Shown: positions 7,803 to 17,071, counted from the first letter of the stretch. The stretch: DNA of 40,000 nt from Massilia endophytica (GCF_021165955.1 NZ_CP088952.1:2935137-2975136); one strand, 5' to 3'. Notes: a model not told the origin generated them from the sequence alone. Numbers and translations are program-made.

Positions 7803-9182
7803 ATGCGCCACTTCCCACTCCACGCGGCCCTGCTGGGCCTGGCTCTCGCGGCCGGCGCCGCCTCCGCCGCCCCCACGGTCTCCGCCGAAAAGCTCTACCA
7901 AAGCAACTGCGCCCAGTGCCACGGCGCGAAGATGGAAGGCGCGGTGGGCCCTGCCCTCGCCGACCAGGCCTGGATCCACGGCGAGCCCACGCGCGCCAAC
8001 CTGATCCGCCTCATCACCAAAGGCGTGCCGGACAAGGGCATGCCTGCCTGGGCCGGCACCCTGAACAAAATCCAGATCGCCGCGCTGGCGGATTATGTCG
8101 CGCCGCGCAAGCCCGGCGCGGGGCAGGCCCCGGCCCGCGAGCCCGATGCCCTCTCCGGCTTCCGCCTGCAGAAGGGCTTCCGCATCGCCGTCTACGCGGA
8201 CAAGGTGCCGAGCGCACGCTCCATGGCCGTTTCCGACAGCGGCATCGTCTACGTCGGTTCGCGCAAGGCGGGCAAGGTCTATGCCGTGGTGGACGAAAAC
8301 CGCGACGGCGTGGCGGAAAAGGTGGTGACGATTGCCGAGGGCCTGAACAACCCCATCGGTGTCACCCTGCTGAACGGCGCGCTCTACGTGGCCGAGATTT
8401 CCCGCGTGATCCGCTTCGACGACATCGACCGCCGCTACGCCGCCAAGCCCGCTTACAAGGTGGTGAAGGACGACCTGCCCAGCGACAAATGGCATGGCGA
8501 GAAATTCATCAAGGCGGGCCCGGACGGCAAACTGTATGTGCCAGTGGGTGCGCCCTGCAATGTCTGCGACAAGGAAGACGAAATCTATTCCAAGATCTGG
8601 CGCATGAATCCGGACGGCTCGAACTGGGAGCTGGTGGCAAAGGGCGTGCGCAACACGGTAGGCTTCGCCTGGCACCCCGTGACGAAGGAGCTCTGGTTCA
8701 CCGACAACGGCCGCGACGAGATGGGCGACAATACCCCGTCCTGCGAACTGAACGTGGCGCCCAAGCTGGGCATGCACTTCGGCTTCCCCTACTGCCATGG
8801 CGGCGTGGTGCCCGACCCCCAGTTCGGCGGCAGCCGCAGCTGCGAGGAGTTCACGCCGCCCGTTGCCAAGCTGGGCCCCCATGTGGCCCCGCTCGGCATG
8901 GCCTTCTATACGGGCCGCCAGTTCCCCGCCCACTACCGCAACAATGTGCTGGTGGCCGAACACGGCTCCTGGAACCGCAGCACGAAGAGCGGCTACCGCG
9001 TCAGCCTCGTCACCCTGCAGGGCAACAAGGAGGTCACCACCACCACCTTTATCGACGGCTTCCTGCAAGGCGATGATGTGGTGGCAAGACCCGTGGACAT
9101 CGCCCAGCTCGCCGATGGTTCCATCCTGATCAGTGATGATCATGGTGGCAAGCTCTACCGTGTTACCTATGAGGGGAAATAG
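7803..9182 (+). CDS. cytochrome c domain fused to PQQ-dependent (soluble glucose/sorbosone dehydrogenase-like) beta-propeller
   Basis: 459-aa ORF with a signal peptide (ALLGLALAAGAASAAP) and the heme motif CAQCH at aa 36-40, with a downstream Met (GMPAW). It is followed by a YliI/sorbosone-dehydrogenase-like sequence (...WFTDNGRDEMGDNTPSCELN..., HFGFPYCHG, AEHGSWNRS). Confidence 0.8.
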   Translation: MRHFPLHAALLGLALAAGAASAAPTVSAEKLYQSNCAQCHGAKMEGAVGPALADQAWIHGEPTRANLIRLITKGVPDKGMPAWAGTLNKIQIAALADYVAPRKPGAGQAPAREPDALSGFRLQKGFRIAVYADKVPSARSMAVSDSGIVYVGSRKAGKVYAVVDENRDGVAEKVVTIAEGLNNPIGVTLLNGALYVAEISRVIRFDDIDRRYAAKPAYKVVKDDLPSDKWHGEKFIKAGPDGKLYVPVGAPCNVCDKEDEIYSKIWRMNPDGSNWELVAKGVRNTVGFAWHPVTKELWFTDNGRDEMGDNTPSCELNVAPKLGMHFGFPYCHGGVVPDPQFGGSRSCEEFTPPVAKLGPHVAPLGMAFYTGRQFPAHYRNNVLVAEHGSWNRSTKSGYRVSLVTLQGNKEVTTTTFIDGFLQGDDVVARPVDIAQLADGSILISDDHGGKLYRVTYEGK

Positions 9183-9273
9183 CCACAACTGAGTTCCGTA
9201 CGGCAAAATCAATTGCGACACGGAAATCAGAATGTTACATTGGGAGCGCATCCTTTCACACTGCCTCCCAACC

Positions 9274-10875
9274 ATGAAATTCCTCAAGAACCTCACCATC
9301 CGCAGCAGCCTGATCCTGACTTTTTCCCTGCTCGGGCTGCTGCTGCTGCTGCTCGGCGCGGAAGGCATTGCCGGCATGCGTGCCAGCAATGCCAGCCTGA
9401 ACGAGGTGTACTCGAACCAGCTGGCCTCCACCATTGCGATGGGAGCGGCCAAGAACTCGCTGGCGCGCGCCCGCTTCGTGCTGGACCGCGCCGTATTCCA
9501 TCCGGATGCGCCGGACGCGCAGGAGATCGCCGGAACGAGCACGGCGCTGCTCCGCGACTCCGACGAGGCCTGGCAGCAGTACCGCAAGCTGCCTGCCGGC
9601 CCCGAGGAAGACGCGCTGGCGGACGAGGTGCAGCGGAAGCGCGCGGCGTATGTGAAAGATGGCCTGCAGGCGCTGGCACAGGCTCTGCATAACCGTGAAC
9701 TGGACCGCATCGATGCCCTGGCCGTCAGGAAGGTGCCGGAACTGTTCGCTGCCTACAACGACGCGGCCGACAGGCTGGCCCAGCTCCAGGTGAAGCTGGC
9801 GAGGGAAGGCTACGAGGACAGCCAGGCCCTGTACCGCAGGCTGTTCGTCATTTCGGTGGCAGCCATGGTCCTGGGCGCGGTGGTGATGGTGGCCGCCTGC
9901 GCAGCGCTGATGCGCGCCATCATGCGCCCGCTGCGCCAGGCCCTGCGCCATTTCGAAGCGATGGCCGATGGCGATCTCTCGACCCGGATCGAGATCTCGC
10001 GCAACGACGAAATGGGCACCTTGCTTGGCGGCCTGCAGAAGATGCAGCAGCAGCTGGCCTCCACCGTGCTGCGTGTGCGCGACGGCGCTGGCAGCATCGC
10101 CAGCGCCAGCACCCAGATCGCCAGCGGCAACCTGGACCTGTCCTCGCGTACCGAGCAGCAGGCCAGCAGCCTGGAAGAAACGGCATCGTCGCTGGAGGAG
10201 CTGACCGCCACCGTGCGCCAGAATGCGGACAACGCGCGCCAGGCCAACCAGCTGGCCCTGTCGGCGTCCGAGGTGGCGGCCCAGGGCGGCAAGCTGGTGG
10301 CGCAGGTGGTGGACACCATGGGCGACATCAATACCTCCTCGCAGCGCATCGTGGACATCATTTCGGTGATCGACAGCATCGCCTTCCAGACCAATATCCT
10401 TGCGCTGAATGCCGCGGTCGAAGCTGCCCGCGCGGGCGAACAGGGCCGCGGATTTGCCGTGGTCGCCTCCGAGGTGCGCAACCTGGCCCAGCGCTCGGCG
10501 GGCGCCGCCAAGGAGATCAAGGAACTGATCGGCAATGCCGTGCAGAGCGCCGAGGCCGGGACCGCGCTGGTGGACAAGGCTGGCGCCACCATGGGCGATA
10601 TCGTGGCGAGCGTGACGCGCGTGACCGACATCATGGGCGAGATCATGTCTGCCAGCGAGGAGCAGAGCGCGGGCATCGACCAGATCAACCGCGCCGTGAC
10701 GGAGATGGACCAGGCGACGCAGCAGAACGCGGCCCTGGTGGAGGAAGCGGCGGCCGCCGCGGCCACGCTGCAGGACCAGGCGTCCACGCTGGAGGAAACC
10801 GTGCGCATCTTCAAGCTGGCGCATGCGGCGGGCGCAGCGGCAGCCCGCCCCGCCCTGCCCGCCCTGGCGCACTGA
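9274..10875 (+). CDS. methyl-accepting chemotaxis protein (4-helix-bundle/TarH-type sensor, HAMP, MA domain)
   Basis: The ATG at 9274 ([28 protein letters not shown]) is preferred over the track start at 9232. A second TM and HAMP ([24 protein letters not shown]) are present. The signalling hairpin is highly conserved ([35 protein letters not shown]...[41 protein letters not shown]). Confidence 0.93.
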   Translation: MKFLKNLTIRSSLILTFSLLGLLLLLLGAEGIAGMRASNASLNEVYSNQLASTIAMGAAKNSLARARFVLDRAVFHPDAPDAQEIAGTSTALLRDSDEAWQQYRKLPAGPEEDALADEVQRKRAAYVKDGLQALAQALHNRELDRIDALAVRKVPELFAAYNDAADRLAQLQVKLAREGYEDSQALYRRLFVISVAAMVLGAVVMVAACAALMRAIMRPLRQALRHFEAMADGDLSTRIEISRNDEMGTLLGGLQKMQQQLASTVLRVRDGAGSIASASTQIASGNLDLSSRTEQQASSLEETASSLEELTATVRQNADNARQANQLALSASEVAAQGGKLVAQVVDTMGDINTSSQRIVDIISVIDSIAFQTNILALNAAVEAARAGEQGRGFAVVASEVRNLAQRSAGAAKEIKELIGNAVQSAEAGTALVDKAGATMGDIVASVTRVTDIMGEIMSASEEQSAGIDQINRAVTEMDQATQQNAALVEEAAAAAATLQDQASTLEETVRIFKLAHAAGAAAARPALPALAH

Positions 10876-10961
10876 CCGGGGGAGCTCTCCTTGCGATAGA
10901 ATCGCCGGAGAGCAAGCATTGCGCCTTGCTCTCCCCGGCATCATCACAATGAGGAGAGTCC

Positions 10962-11891
10962 ATGAACGACTGCATTACAAGGCGGGCGGCCCTTGCCGCC
11001 TGCCTGCTGGCCCTATGCGGCGCGGCGCTTTCGGCGCCCGCGCTGGAGGCCGCGCCGCAAGCACTGGCGCCCGGCGTCATTTCCACCGCCTTCCACGACT
11101 TCGCCGCCTCGCTCACGCCCGACGGCAACGCGGTTTTCTTCACCCGCACGGACGCGGGGTTCAACCGCATGGTGCTCCTGCAGTCCGTGAAGCGCGGCGG
11201 CCAATGGCAGGCGCCCACCGTACTGCCCTTCTCCGGCATATGGAACGACGGCGACGGCGTGCTCAGTCCGGACGGCAGGCGCTACGTCTTCATCTCCAAC
11301 CGCCCCGCCAGCGGCACGGACGCCAAGGCGGACCTCGACCTGTGGCAAGTGCTGCGCGATGCGGGCGGCAACTGGGGCGAGCCGCATCGCCTGCCCGACC
11401 ACATCAACTCGGGCGTAAACGAAATCTACCCCTCGCTGGCGGCGGACGGCACGCTCTACTTCGGGCGCGCGGGCAACGGCAACCCCGTCTTCCGCTCCCG
11501 GCTGGTGGACGGCGCCTACCAGCCGCCCGAGCAGCTCCCCTTCAACGCCTTCTCCTTCGCTGTGGCGCCGGACCAGAGCTTCGGCATCGCCGGCGTGCTC
11601 GACGCCGCGCGCAACAGCGACCTTTTCCTCGTCGAACGCAATGGCGAGGGCTGGGCGGCGCCGCAGCGCATCGAAGGGCCGCTCAATTCGCCGCAGCAGG
11701 AATTCGCCAGCTCGATCTCGGCGGACGGCAAGACCCTGCTCTTCGCCAGCACCCGGCGCGAAGGCGCCGCCGCCTGGCCGCGCGCGAAGCCCGTGCGGTC
11801 CGCCGCCGACGTGGCCGGGGAACTGGCCTCCTTCCCCTTCAACGGCCTGCGCAACATCTACTCGGTCGACATCTCCGCGCTGCGCAAATAG
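10962..11891 (+). CDS. PD40/TolB-like beta-propeller repeat exported protein
   Basis: 309-aa ORF with a signal peptide (AALAACLLALCGAALSAPA). It has repeated xxSPDGxxxxF units (LTPDGNAVFF, LSPDGRRYVF, LAADGTLYF, ISADGKTLLF) typical of WD40-like PD40 repeats. The stop TAG is at 11889-11891. Confidence 0.6.
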   Translation: MNDCITRRAALAACLLALCGAALSAPALEAAPQALAPGVISTAFHDFAASLTPDGNAVFFTRTDAGFNRMVLLQSVKRGGQWQAPTVLPFSGIWNDGDGVLSPDGRRYVFISNRPASGTDAKADLDLWQVLRDAGGNWGEPHRLPDHINSGVNEIYPSLAADGTLYFGRAGNGNPVFRSRLVDGAYQPPEQLPFNAFSFAVAPDQSFGIAGVLDAARNSDLFLVERNGEGWAAPQRIEGPLNSPQQEFASSISADGKTLLFASTRREGAAAWPRAKPVRSAADVAGELASFPFNGLRNIYSVDISALRK

Positions 11892-13747
11892 GCATAGGGG
11901 CGGTCAGTTTGACTGACCGATCCCCTGCCACACCACCCGGCATGCGGGTCCGCACCGGGCGGTTCAAGAAGTTGAGGTCAGGAAAGGCGAGGCACACCCA
12001 GGCGGTCAAAGTAGGCAATAGTGAGGGTGGTTTTCAGCAGCCTGTCACTGTTGCGCCACCAGCGACGGCTATTCGCCGCCACCTGTTTTGCCACCGATGG
12101 CGCGGCCCCAAGTTTGACCAATTCCCGGTACATGGTAGTTCCGCGTTTCCAGTGCTTGAGCTGGATTGCCCGCAGCCTATGACGCAGCCATTCATCGAGT
12201 CTCCGCCAAATCTTCGGAGTTTGCGCCAAGTGGAAGTACCCCTTCCATCCCAGCATATAGATGCGTAGTTTTGCCACCACTTCCGCCATGCTGCGCCCGC
12301 CGGAGCGGCCGGTGAGCTCCCGGAGGCGTTGTTTAAAGGCTGCCAGCGGCTTATGAGCCACTGCGCGCTTCACTTGGCCTCCGCGTGCCACCCACAGACT
12401 GTAACCGAGGAACTTGCGACCAAAGGCGCTGGCCACCGCGCTTTTGCTTTCGTTGACCATGAGGTGCAACTTGGCATAACAGCGCCGCAACAGCGCCATC
12501 ACCCGCTGCCCCGCCTTGATGCTGCGTACGTAGACGTTCGCATCGTCGGCGTAGCGCGCGAAGCGATGGCCGCGCCGCTCCAGTTCCTTGTCCACCTCAT
12601 CGAGCATGATGTTGCCAAGTAGCGGGCTGAGCGGGCCACCTTGAGGCGCTCCATCAGTCCGTTCCAGCACCACGCCATGGTCCATGATGCCGCTGTTCAA
12701 ATAGGCCCGGATCAGCCGGATGACCCCGGCATCTTCAATGCGCTTGCGCAGACGGTCAATCAGGATGTCATGATTGACCCGATCGAAGAATTTCGACAGG
12801 TCAACGTCAACCACGACTCGCAGGCCCGACTGGACATACGCTTGGGCGGCTAAGACTGCGTCTTGCGCACACCTACCCGGACGGAAGCCGTAGCTGTGCT
12901 CGCTGAAGGTGGGATCAAGTATCGGTTGCAGCACCTGCAGGAGTGCTTGCTGGATCAGGCGATCCGTCACCGTCGGGATGCCAAGCTCGCGCTCACCGCC
13001 GTCCGGTTTCGGGATCGTCACCCGGAGCACCGGGCTGGGCCGGTACGTCCCTGACAGCAGTTGTTCGCGTATGCCCGGCCACGCGGTCGCCAGATGATGA
13101 GAGGTTTGGTTGATGTCCAGACCATCGACGCCAGCTGCTCCCTTGTTGGCGCGCACACGCTTGAATGCCCGCCGCAGGTTCTCTGTTGTCAGCGCCGCAG
13201 CAAGCAGCGCTGTCCCCGTGTTTCCGGTGGCATGCCGCGGGCATTCCGCTTCGTCGCTGAAAGCATCAGACAAGGCTTCACCTTGCCTTACGGCCTCCCG
13301 CCCCGCTTGCACGGGCATCTGACGCATGGCTGGCTGCATCGGCATATCGGACTCACTCCTTCTCGTTCGGTCCTTCACTGGCGGAGTCGAGCCTTCCCGG
13401 CGCTACCTCCAGCTACTATGACCTCTGCTGAGACCCCGCTCCGATTTTTTTTTCGTCGCCCTTTCAGGCATAAAGCGGGGCGTCCCCAGGTAAGGGCCGC
13501 ACTCCTTCATCACACAACCGCCGCATCTACACCACCGTCCTTTGACCACAAGAGCTTTGCGGTTTTATGCCCGCTTGCCCTGAGCAGCAGTGCCTTCTAT
13601 GCGATTCGTGTTCCTCGGCTCATGATTTACGCTCCACGCTTCCTTCCCACGGTCGGTTACCCTTCCGCAGTTGCGCTTCGCTTCGCTCACTGTGGTCAGC
13701 TCGCGGCGGGACTTGCACCCGCAGGAGTACGCCCATGCTGGGCGCAC
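11888..13747 (-). mobile_element. group II intron, compact class-C-like (IIC), apparently intact, about 1860 nt
   Basis: The minus-strand 5' end GUGCGCCCAGCAUGGGCG starts at 13747. About 370-400 nt of ribozyme lie 5' of the RT ORF. A domain V-like helix lies at about 11932-11965 (GAACCGCCCGG-UGCG-GACC-CGCA-UG-CCGGGUGGU, with the 2-nt 3' bulge). A domain VI-like helix lies at 11888-11929 (GGCA GGGG AU CGGUCAG ucaaa CUGACCG CCCC uA UGCC UAU), with a bulged A 7 nt before the terminal ...CCUAU. An alternative 3' end at 11894 is less consistent with DVI pairing. Confidence 0.85.
11978..13345 (-). CDS. ltrA: group II intron-encoded reverse transcriptase/maturase (no endonuclease domain)
   Basis: RT blocks are present (LRRAFKRVRANKGAAGVDG, RVTIPKPDGGERELGIPTVTDRLIQQA, GAPQGGPLSPLLGNIML, YADDANVYV). 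A maturase/X region follows (FLGYSL..., RIYMLGWKGYF) and the C-terminus is ...YFDRLGVPRLS, with no HNH/En extension. The first ATG is 13345 (AAGGAG 10 nt upstream). The track start at 13378 is a GTG and cannot be excluded. Confidence 0.93.
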   Translation of the reverse strand: MPMQPAMRQMPVQAGREAVRQGEALSDAFSDEAECPRHATGNTGTALLAAALTTENLRRAFKRVRANKGAAGVDGLDINQTSHHLATAWPGIREQLLSGTYRPSPVLRVTIPKPDGGERELGIPTVTDRLIQQALLQVLQPILDPTFSEHSYGFRPGRCAQDAVLAAQAYVQSGLRVVVDVDLSKFFDRVNHDILIDRLRKRIEDAGVIRLIRAYLNSGIMDHGVVLERTDGAPQGGPLSPLLGNIMLDEVDKELERRGHRFARYADDANVYVRSIKAGQRVMALLRRCYAKLHLMVNESKSAVASAFGRKFLGYSLWVARGGQVKRAVAHKPLAAFKQRLRELTGRSGGRSMAEVVAKLRIYMLGWKGYFHLAQTPKIWRRLDEWLRHRLRAIQLKHWKRGTTMYRELVKLGAAPSVAKQVAANSRRWWRNSDRLLKTTLTIAYFDRLGVPRLS

Positions 13748-13749
13748 AT

Positions 13750-13786
13750 AAAAAAAGCCGCCGGCGCTTGCGCGCTGGCGGCTTTT
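13750..13786. terminator. bidirectional rho-independent terminator (pnp on the minus strand; the convergent PD40 gene before intron insertion)
   Basis: GCCGCCGGCGC (13757-13767), loop TTGC, GCGCTGGCGGC (13772-13782). There are 7 A at 13750-13756 (U7 on the minus strand, 3' of the stem) and TTTT at 13783-13786 on the plus strand. It starts 15 nt after the pnp stop. Confidence 0.8.
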
Positions 13787-13800
13787 CGGAGCCCTGAGGC

Positions 13801-15930
13801 TTACTGTGCGTTGGCGGCAGCGGCGGCAGCTTCTTCCGCAGCGGCTTTCATCGACAGCTTCAGGCGGCCGCGGTCGTCCGTTTCCAGGACTTTCACGCGC
13901 ACCTGCTGGCCTTCTTTCAGGTAGTCGGCCACGGCGTTCACGCGCTCGTTGGCGATCTGCGAGATGTGCAGCAGGCCGTCCTTGCCTGGCATCACCTGAA
14001 CGATGGCGCCGAAGTCCAGCAGCTTGAGCACGGTGCCGTCGTAGGTCTTGCCCACTTCCACGGAAGCGGTCAGCTCTTCGATGCGGCGCTTGGCTTCCTG
14101 GCCGGCAGCAGCGTCGACGGAAGCGATGGTCACCACGCCTTCGTCGCTGATGTCGATCTGGGTGCCGGTCTCTTCGGTCAGCGCGCGGATCACGGCGCCG
14201 CCCTTGCCGATCACGTCGCGGATCTTCTCGGGGTTGATCTTGATGGTGATCAGGCGCGGCGCGAAGTCGGACAGCTCGGTCTTCACGTTCGGCATGGCCT
14301 TCTGCATCTCGCCCAGGATGTGCTGGCGGCCTTCCTTGGCCTGGGCCAGCGCCACCTGCATGATTTCCTTGGTGATGCCCTGGATCTTGATGTCCATCTG
14401 CAGCGCGGTGATGCCGTTGGCCGTACCGGCCACCTTGAAGTCCATGTCGCCCAGGTGGTCTTCGTCACCCAGGATGTCGGACAGCACGGCGAAGCGGCCG
14501 CCTTCCTTGATCAGGCCCATGGCGATACCGGCCACATGCGCCTTCATCGGCACGCCGGCATCCATCAGCGCCAGGCAGCCGCCGCAGACGGAAGCCATGG
14601 AGGAGGAACCGTTGGACTCGGTGATTTCGGACACCAGGCGCACGGAGTAGCTGAACTCTTCCTGCGACGGCAGGGCCGCCACCAGGGCGCGCTTGGCCAG
14701 GCGGCCGTGGCCCACTTCGCGGCGCTTCGGTGTACCCACACGGCCGGTTTCGCCGGTGGCGAACGGAGGCATGTTGTAGTGGAGCATGAAGTCGTCGGTG
14801 TATTCGCCCATCAGTGCGTCGATCTTCTGCGAATCGCGGGCGGTGCCCAGGGTCGCTACGACCAGCGCCTGGGTTTCGCCGCGGGTGAACAGGGCGGAAC
14901 CGTGGGTGCGCGGCAGCACAGAGGTGCGGATCGAGATCGGGCGCACGGTGCGGGTGTCGCGGCCGTCAATGCGCGGCTCGCCTTCCAGGATCTGCGAACG
15001 CACGACCTTGGCTTCCATGTCGAAGAGGATATTGCCCACTTCCACGGCGTCCGGCGCTTCGGCGCCGGCGGCAGCTGCCTCGGCAGCCAGGTCGGCCTGC
15101 ACTTCGGCGGACATGGCGCGCAGCTTCTCGGTGCGGGCCTGCTTGTCCTTGGTCTGGTAGGCGGCGCGGATCTTCGCTTCGGCGAAGTGGGCCACGCGGG
15201 CGATCAGGGCGTCGTTCTTGGCCGGAGCGGTCCACTCCTGCTCGGGCTTGCCGCCGTCGCGCACCAGGTCGTGGATCGCGTCGATCACGGCCTTCATCTG
15301 CTCATGGCCATAGACCACGGCGCCCAGCATAATCTCTTCGGACAGCTGCTTGGCTTCCGATTCCACCATCAGCACGGCGGTTTCGGTACCGGCCACCACC
15401 AGGTCCATCTCGGAGGTCTTCAGCTGGCTGGTGGTCGGGTTCAGGATGTACTGGCTGTTGGCGTAACCTACGCGGGCGGCGCCGATCGGGCCGTTGAACG
15501 GCACACCGGCCACGCACAGGGCGGCGGAAGCGCCGATCATGGATGGGATATCCGGATCGATCTCAGGATTGACCGACAGAACGTGCACGATCACCTGCAC
15601 CTCGTTCATGTAGCCCTCAGGGAAGAGAGGACGGATCGGACGGTCGATCAGACGGGAAGTCAGCGTTTCCTTCTCGGAAGGACGGCCTTCGCGCTTGAAG
15701 AAGCCGCCGGGGATCTTGCCCGCGGCATAGGTCTTCTCCATATAGTCCACGGTCAGCGGGAAGAAGTCCTGGCCGGGCTTGGCGTCCTTGCGCGCCACCA
15801 CGGTCGCCAGCACCACGGTGTCGTCCATCGACACCATCACTGCGCCGGAGGCCTGGCGAGCGATCTCGCCGGTTTCCAGCGTGACGGTGTGCTGACCGTA
15901 CTGGAAGGTTTTCGTAACTTTGTTAAACAT
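13801..15930 (-). CDS. pnp: polyribonucleotide nucleotidyltransferase (PNPase)
   Basis: 709-aa [30 protein letters not shown]... It has two RNase PH domains, KH ([22 protein letters not shown]) and S1 ([21 protein letters not shown]), plus an Ala-rich tail. Confidence 0.98.
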   Translation of the reverse strand: MFNKVTKTFQYGQHTVTLETGEIARQASGAVMVSMDDTVVLATVVARKDAKPGQDFFPLTVDYMEKTYAAGKIPGGFFKREGRPSEKETLTSRLIDRPIRPLFPEGYMNEVQVIVHVLSVNPEIDPDIPSMIGASAALCVAGVPFNGPIGAARVGYANSQYILNPTTSQLKTSEMDLVVAGTETAVLMVESEAKQLSEEIMLGAVVYGHEQMKAVIDAIHDLVRDGGKPEQEWTAPAKNDALIARVAHFAEAKIRAAYQTKDKQARTEKLRAMSAEVQADLAAEAAAAGAEAPDAVEVGNILFDMEAKVVRSQILEGEPRIDGRDTRTVRPISIRTSVLPRTHGSALFTRGETQALVVATLGTARDSQKIDALMGEYTDDFMLHYNMPPFATGETGRVGTPKRREVGHGRLAKRALVAALPSQEEFSYSVRLVSEITESNGSSSMASVCGGCLALMDAGVPMKAHVAGIAMGLIKEGGRFAVLSDILGDEDHLGDMDFKVAGTANGITALQMDIKIQGITKEIMQVALAQAKEGRQHILGEMQKAMPNVKTELSDFAPRLITIKINPEKIRDVIGKGGAVIRALTEETGTQIDISDEGVVTIASVDAAAGQEAKRRIEELTASVEVGKTYDGTVLKLLDFGAIVQVMPGKDGLLHISQIANERVNAVADYLKEGQQVRVKVLETDDRGRLKLSMKAAAEEAAAAAANAQ

Positions 15931-16067
15931 GGGTATTCCCTTTCTATTTGCCGACAGATTTTCAGGAGCTGTCGTTCACCTCACCACAGGCAGCGCACAG
16001 GCTGCCTTACTGCTCTACTTCTTCCTCCGTGCCAAGTGCTACTGCTTCTTGGCAATAAATCAACGGT

Positions 16068-16110
16068 TCAGAAAGACAAAATGCCTGCGGCAGCGAGCTG
16101 TCGCAGGCAT
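16068..16110 (-). terminator. rpsO terminator/attenuator hairpin at the head of the pnp leader
   Basis: The minus strand reads ATGCCTGCG-ACAGCTCGCTGC-CGCAGGCAT (16081-16110) followed by UUUUGUCUUUC. It begins 28 nt after the rpsO stop. The position matches the known rpsO-pnp intergenic attenuator arrangement. Confidence 0.6.
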
Positions 16111-16137
16111 TTCGTACTGAACCGGGTGACGCAAAAA

Positions 16138-16407
16138 TTACTTACGCAGACCGAGTTTGGCGATCAGATCGCGGTAACGGTTGGCGTCCTTACCTTTCAG
16201 GTAAGACAACAGGCTCTTACGACGGTTCACCATCTTGATCAGGCCACGGCGGGAGTGATGGTCCTTGGTGTGCTCTTTGAAGTGGGTGTTCAGTTCGTTG
16301 ATACGGGCGGTCAGCAGGGCAACCTGAACTTCCGGCGAGCCGGTGTCGTTCTGGGCGCGTGCGTTGTCCGCGATGATCGCGGCCTTGTTGATGTTTTCTA
16401 CGGTCAT
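16138..16407 (-). CDS. rpsO: 30S ribosomal protein S15
   Basis: The ATG at 16407 gives an 89-aa protein [71 protein letters not shown]... The track ORF (to 16455) is N-terminally over-extended. Confidence 0.97.
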   Translation of the reverse strand: MTVENINKAAIIADNARAQNDTGSPEVQVALLTARINELNTHFKEHTKDHHSRRGLIKMVNRRKSLLSYLKGKDANRYRDLIAKLGLRK

Positions 16408-16574
16408 GATATTACCTTTCACATGCGATGCACGGAGTCTTTCAACCCTGCACATCGTGAACTACGGATGATGGAATGCCTGGCCCTTTTGGACCAGACC
16501 CGGAAGTATAGCGGAAAAAACAGCCCTTGTATCGGCTTCTCGCTACAATTATTCGGCACCGAGGAGCCTCCACG

Positions 16575-17066
16575 ATGAAAAAACTGGCGATAACGACAAC
16601 ATTTTTGCTGCTGGCGGGCTGCGCAGGCTTCGGCGGTCCGCCGCCTGCGCCAGGCGAATCCATGGCGGCGGTGGAGGCCCGCCTTGGCCAGCCCTCCGCC
16701 CGCCATGCGGGGCCGGGCGGCGAAACCATCGCCGAATACGGCGCGGGCGCCTTCGGCCAGTACACCTGGATGGCCACCTACGGGCCCGACGGCCGCCTGC
16801 GCCGCTACGAGCAGGTGCTGAGCAGCGAGAAGTTCGCCACCGTGAAGCTGGGCCAGGACAACAAGGAGAGCATCCTGCGCACCTTCGGCCGCCCGGCGGA
16901 GACCATGTACCTCTCCCTGCGCGACCTGGAGGTCTGGAGCTACCGCTACAAGGAGTCCGGCGTGTGGAACTCCATGATGCACATCCATTTCAGCCGCGAC
17001 GGCATCGTGCGCGAGATGCAGAGCGGGCCGGACCCGCTCTACGAGGAAAAGCGCAGCTTCTTCTGA
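16575..17066 (+). CDS. lipoprotein (possible SmpA/OmlA-BamE-like domain)
   Basis: The ATG at 16575 is preceded by GAGGAG (16561-16566). MKKLAITTTFLLLAGCAG is a signal peptide with lipobox LAGC. The family assignment is tentative. Confidence 0.7.
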   Translation: MKKLAITTTFLLLAGCAGFGGPPPAPGESMAAVEARLGQPSARHAGPGGETIAEYGAGAFGQYTWMATYGPDGRLRRYEQVLSSEKFATVKLGQDNKESILRTFGRPAETMYLSLRDLEVWSYRYKESGVWNSMMHIHFSRDGIVREMQSGPDPLYEEKRSFF

Positions 17067-17071
17067 TCCCT

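Noticed and set aside
7782-9710. 642-aa minus-strand ORF, plus the 491-aa alternative-frame ORF at 7601-9076
   Set aside because: The 642-aa ORF is antisense to the cytochrome-c/PQQ dehydrogenase and the MCP 5' end; the 491-aa ORF is an alternative frame on the same strand as the dehydrogenase. Both have Arg/Ala/Gly-rich low-information sequence with no motifs.
10905-10938. 10-bp stem-loop (GGAGAGCAAG-cattgcgc-CTTGCTCTCC) after the MCP gene as an intrinsic terminator
   Set aside because: No U-tract follows on the plus strand (CCGGCATCATC). It may still be a stability element or a rho-dependent pause, but I cannot support a terminator call.
9256-10947. 563-aa and 369-aa minus-strand ORFs opposite the MCP gene
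   Set aside because: The plus-strand product carries the highly conserved MCP signalling hairpin. The antisense frames are compositional artefacts.
11978-13378. Reverse transcriptase as a retron or defence-associated RT (DRT/Abi-type) system
   Set aside because: The ORF is embedded in a complete group II ribozyme context (GUGCG 5' end, domain V and VI helices, a maturase X domain). There is no msr/msd-like inverted repeat pair and no accessory effector gene adjacent.
13966-16578. 870-aa plus-strand ORF, the longest in the window
   Set aside because: It is entirely antisense to pnp and rpsO, whose products are unmistakable. Its translation is Gly/Ala/His/Val-rich nonsense, typical of stop-codon-poor antisense frames in high-GC DNA.
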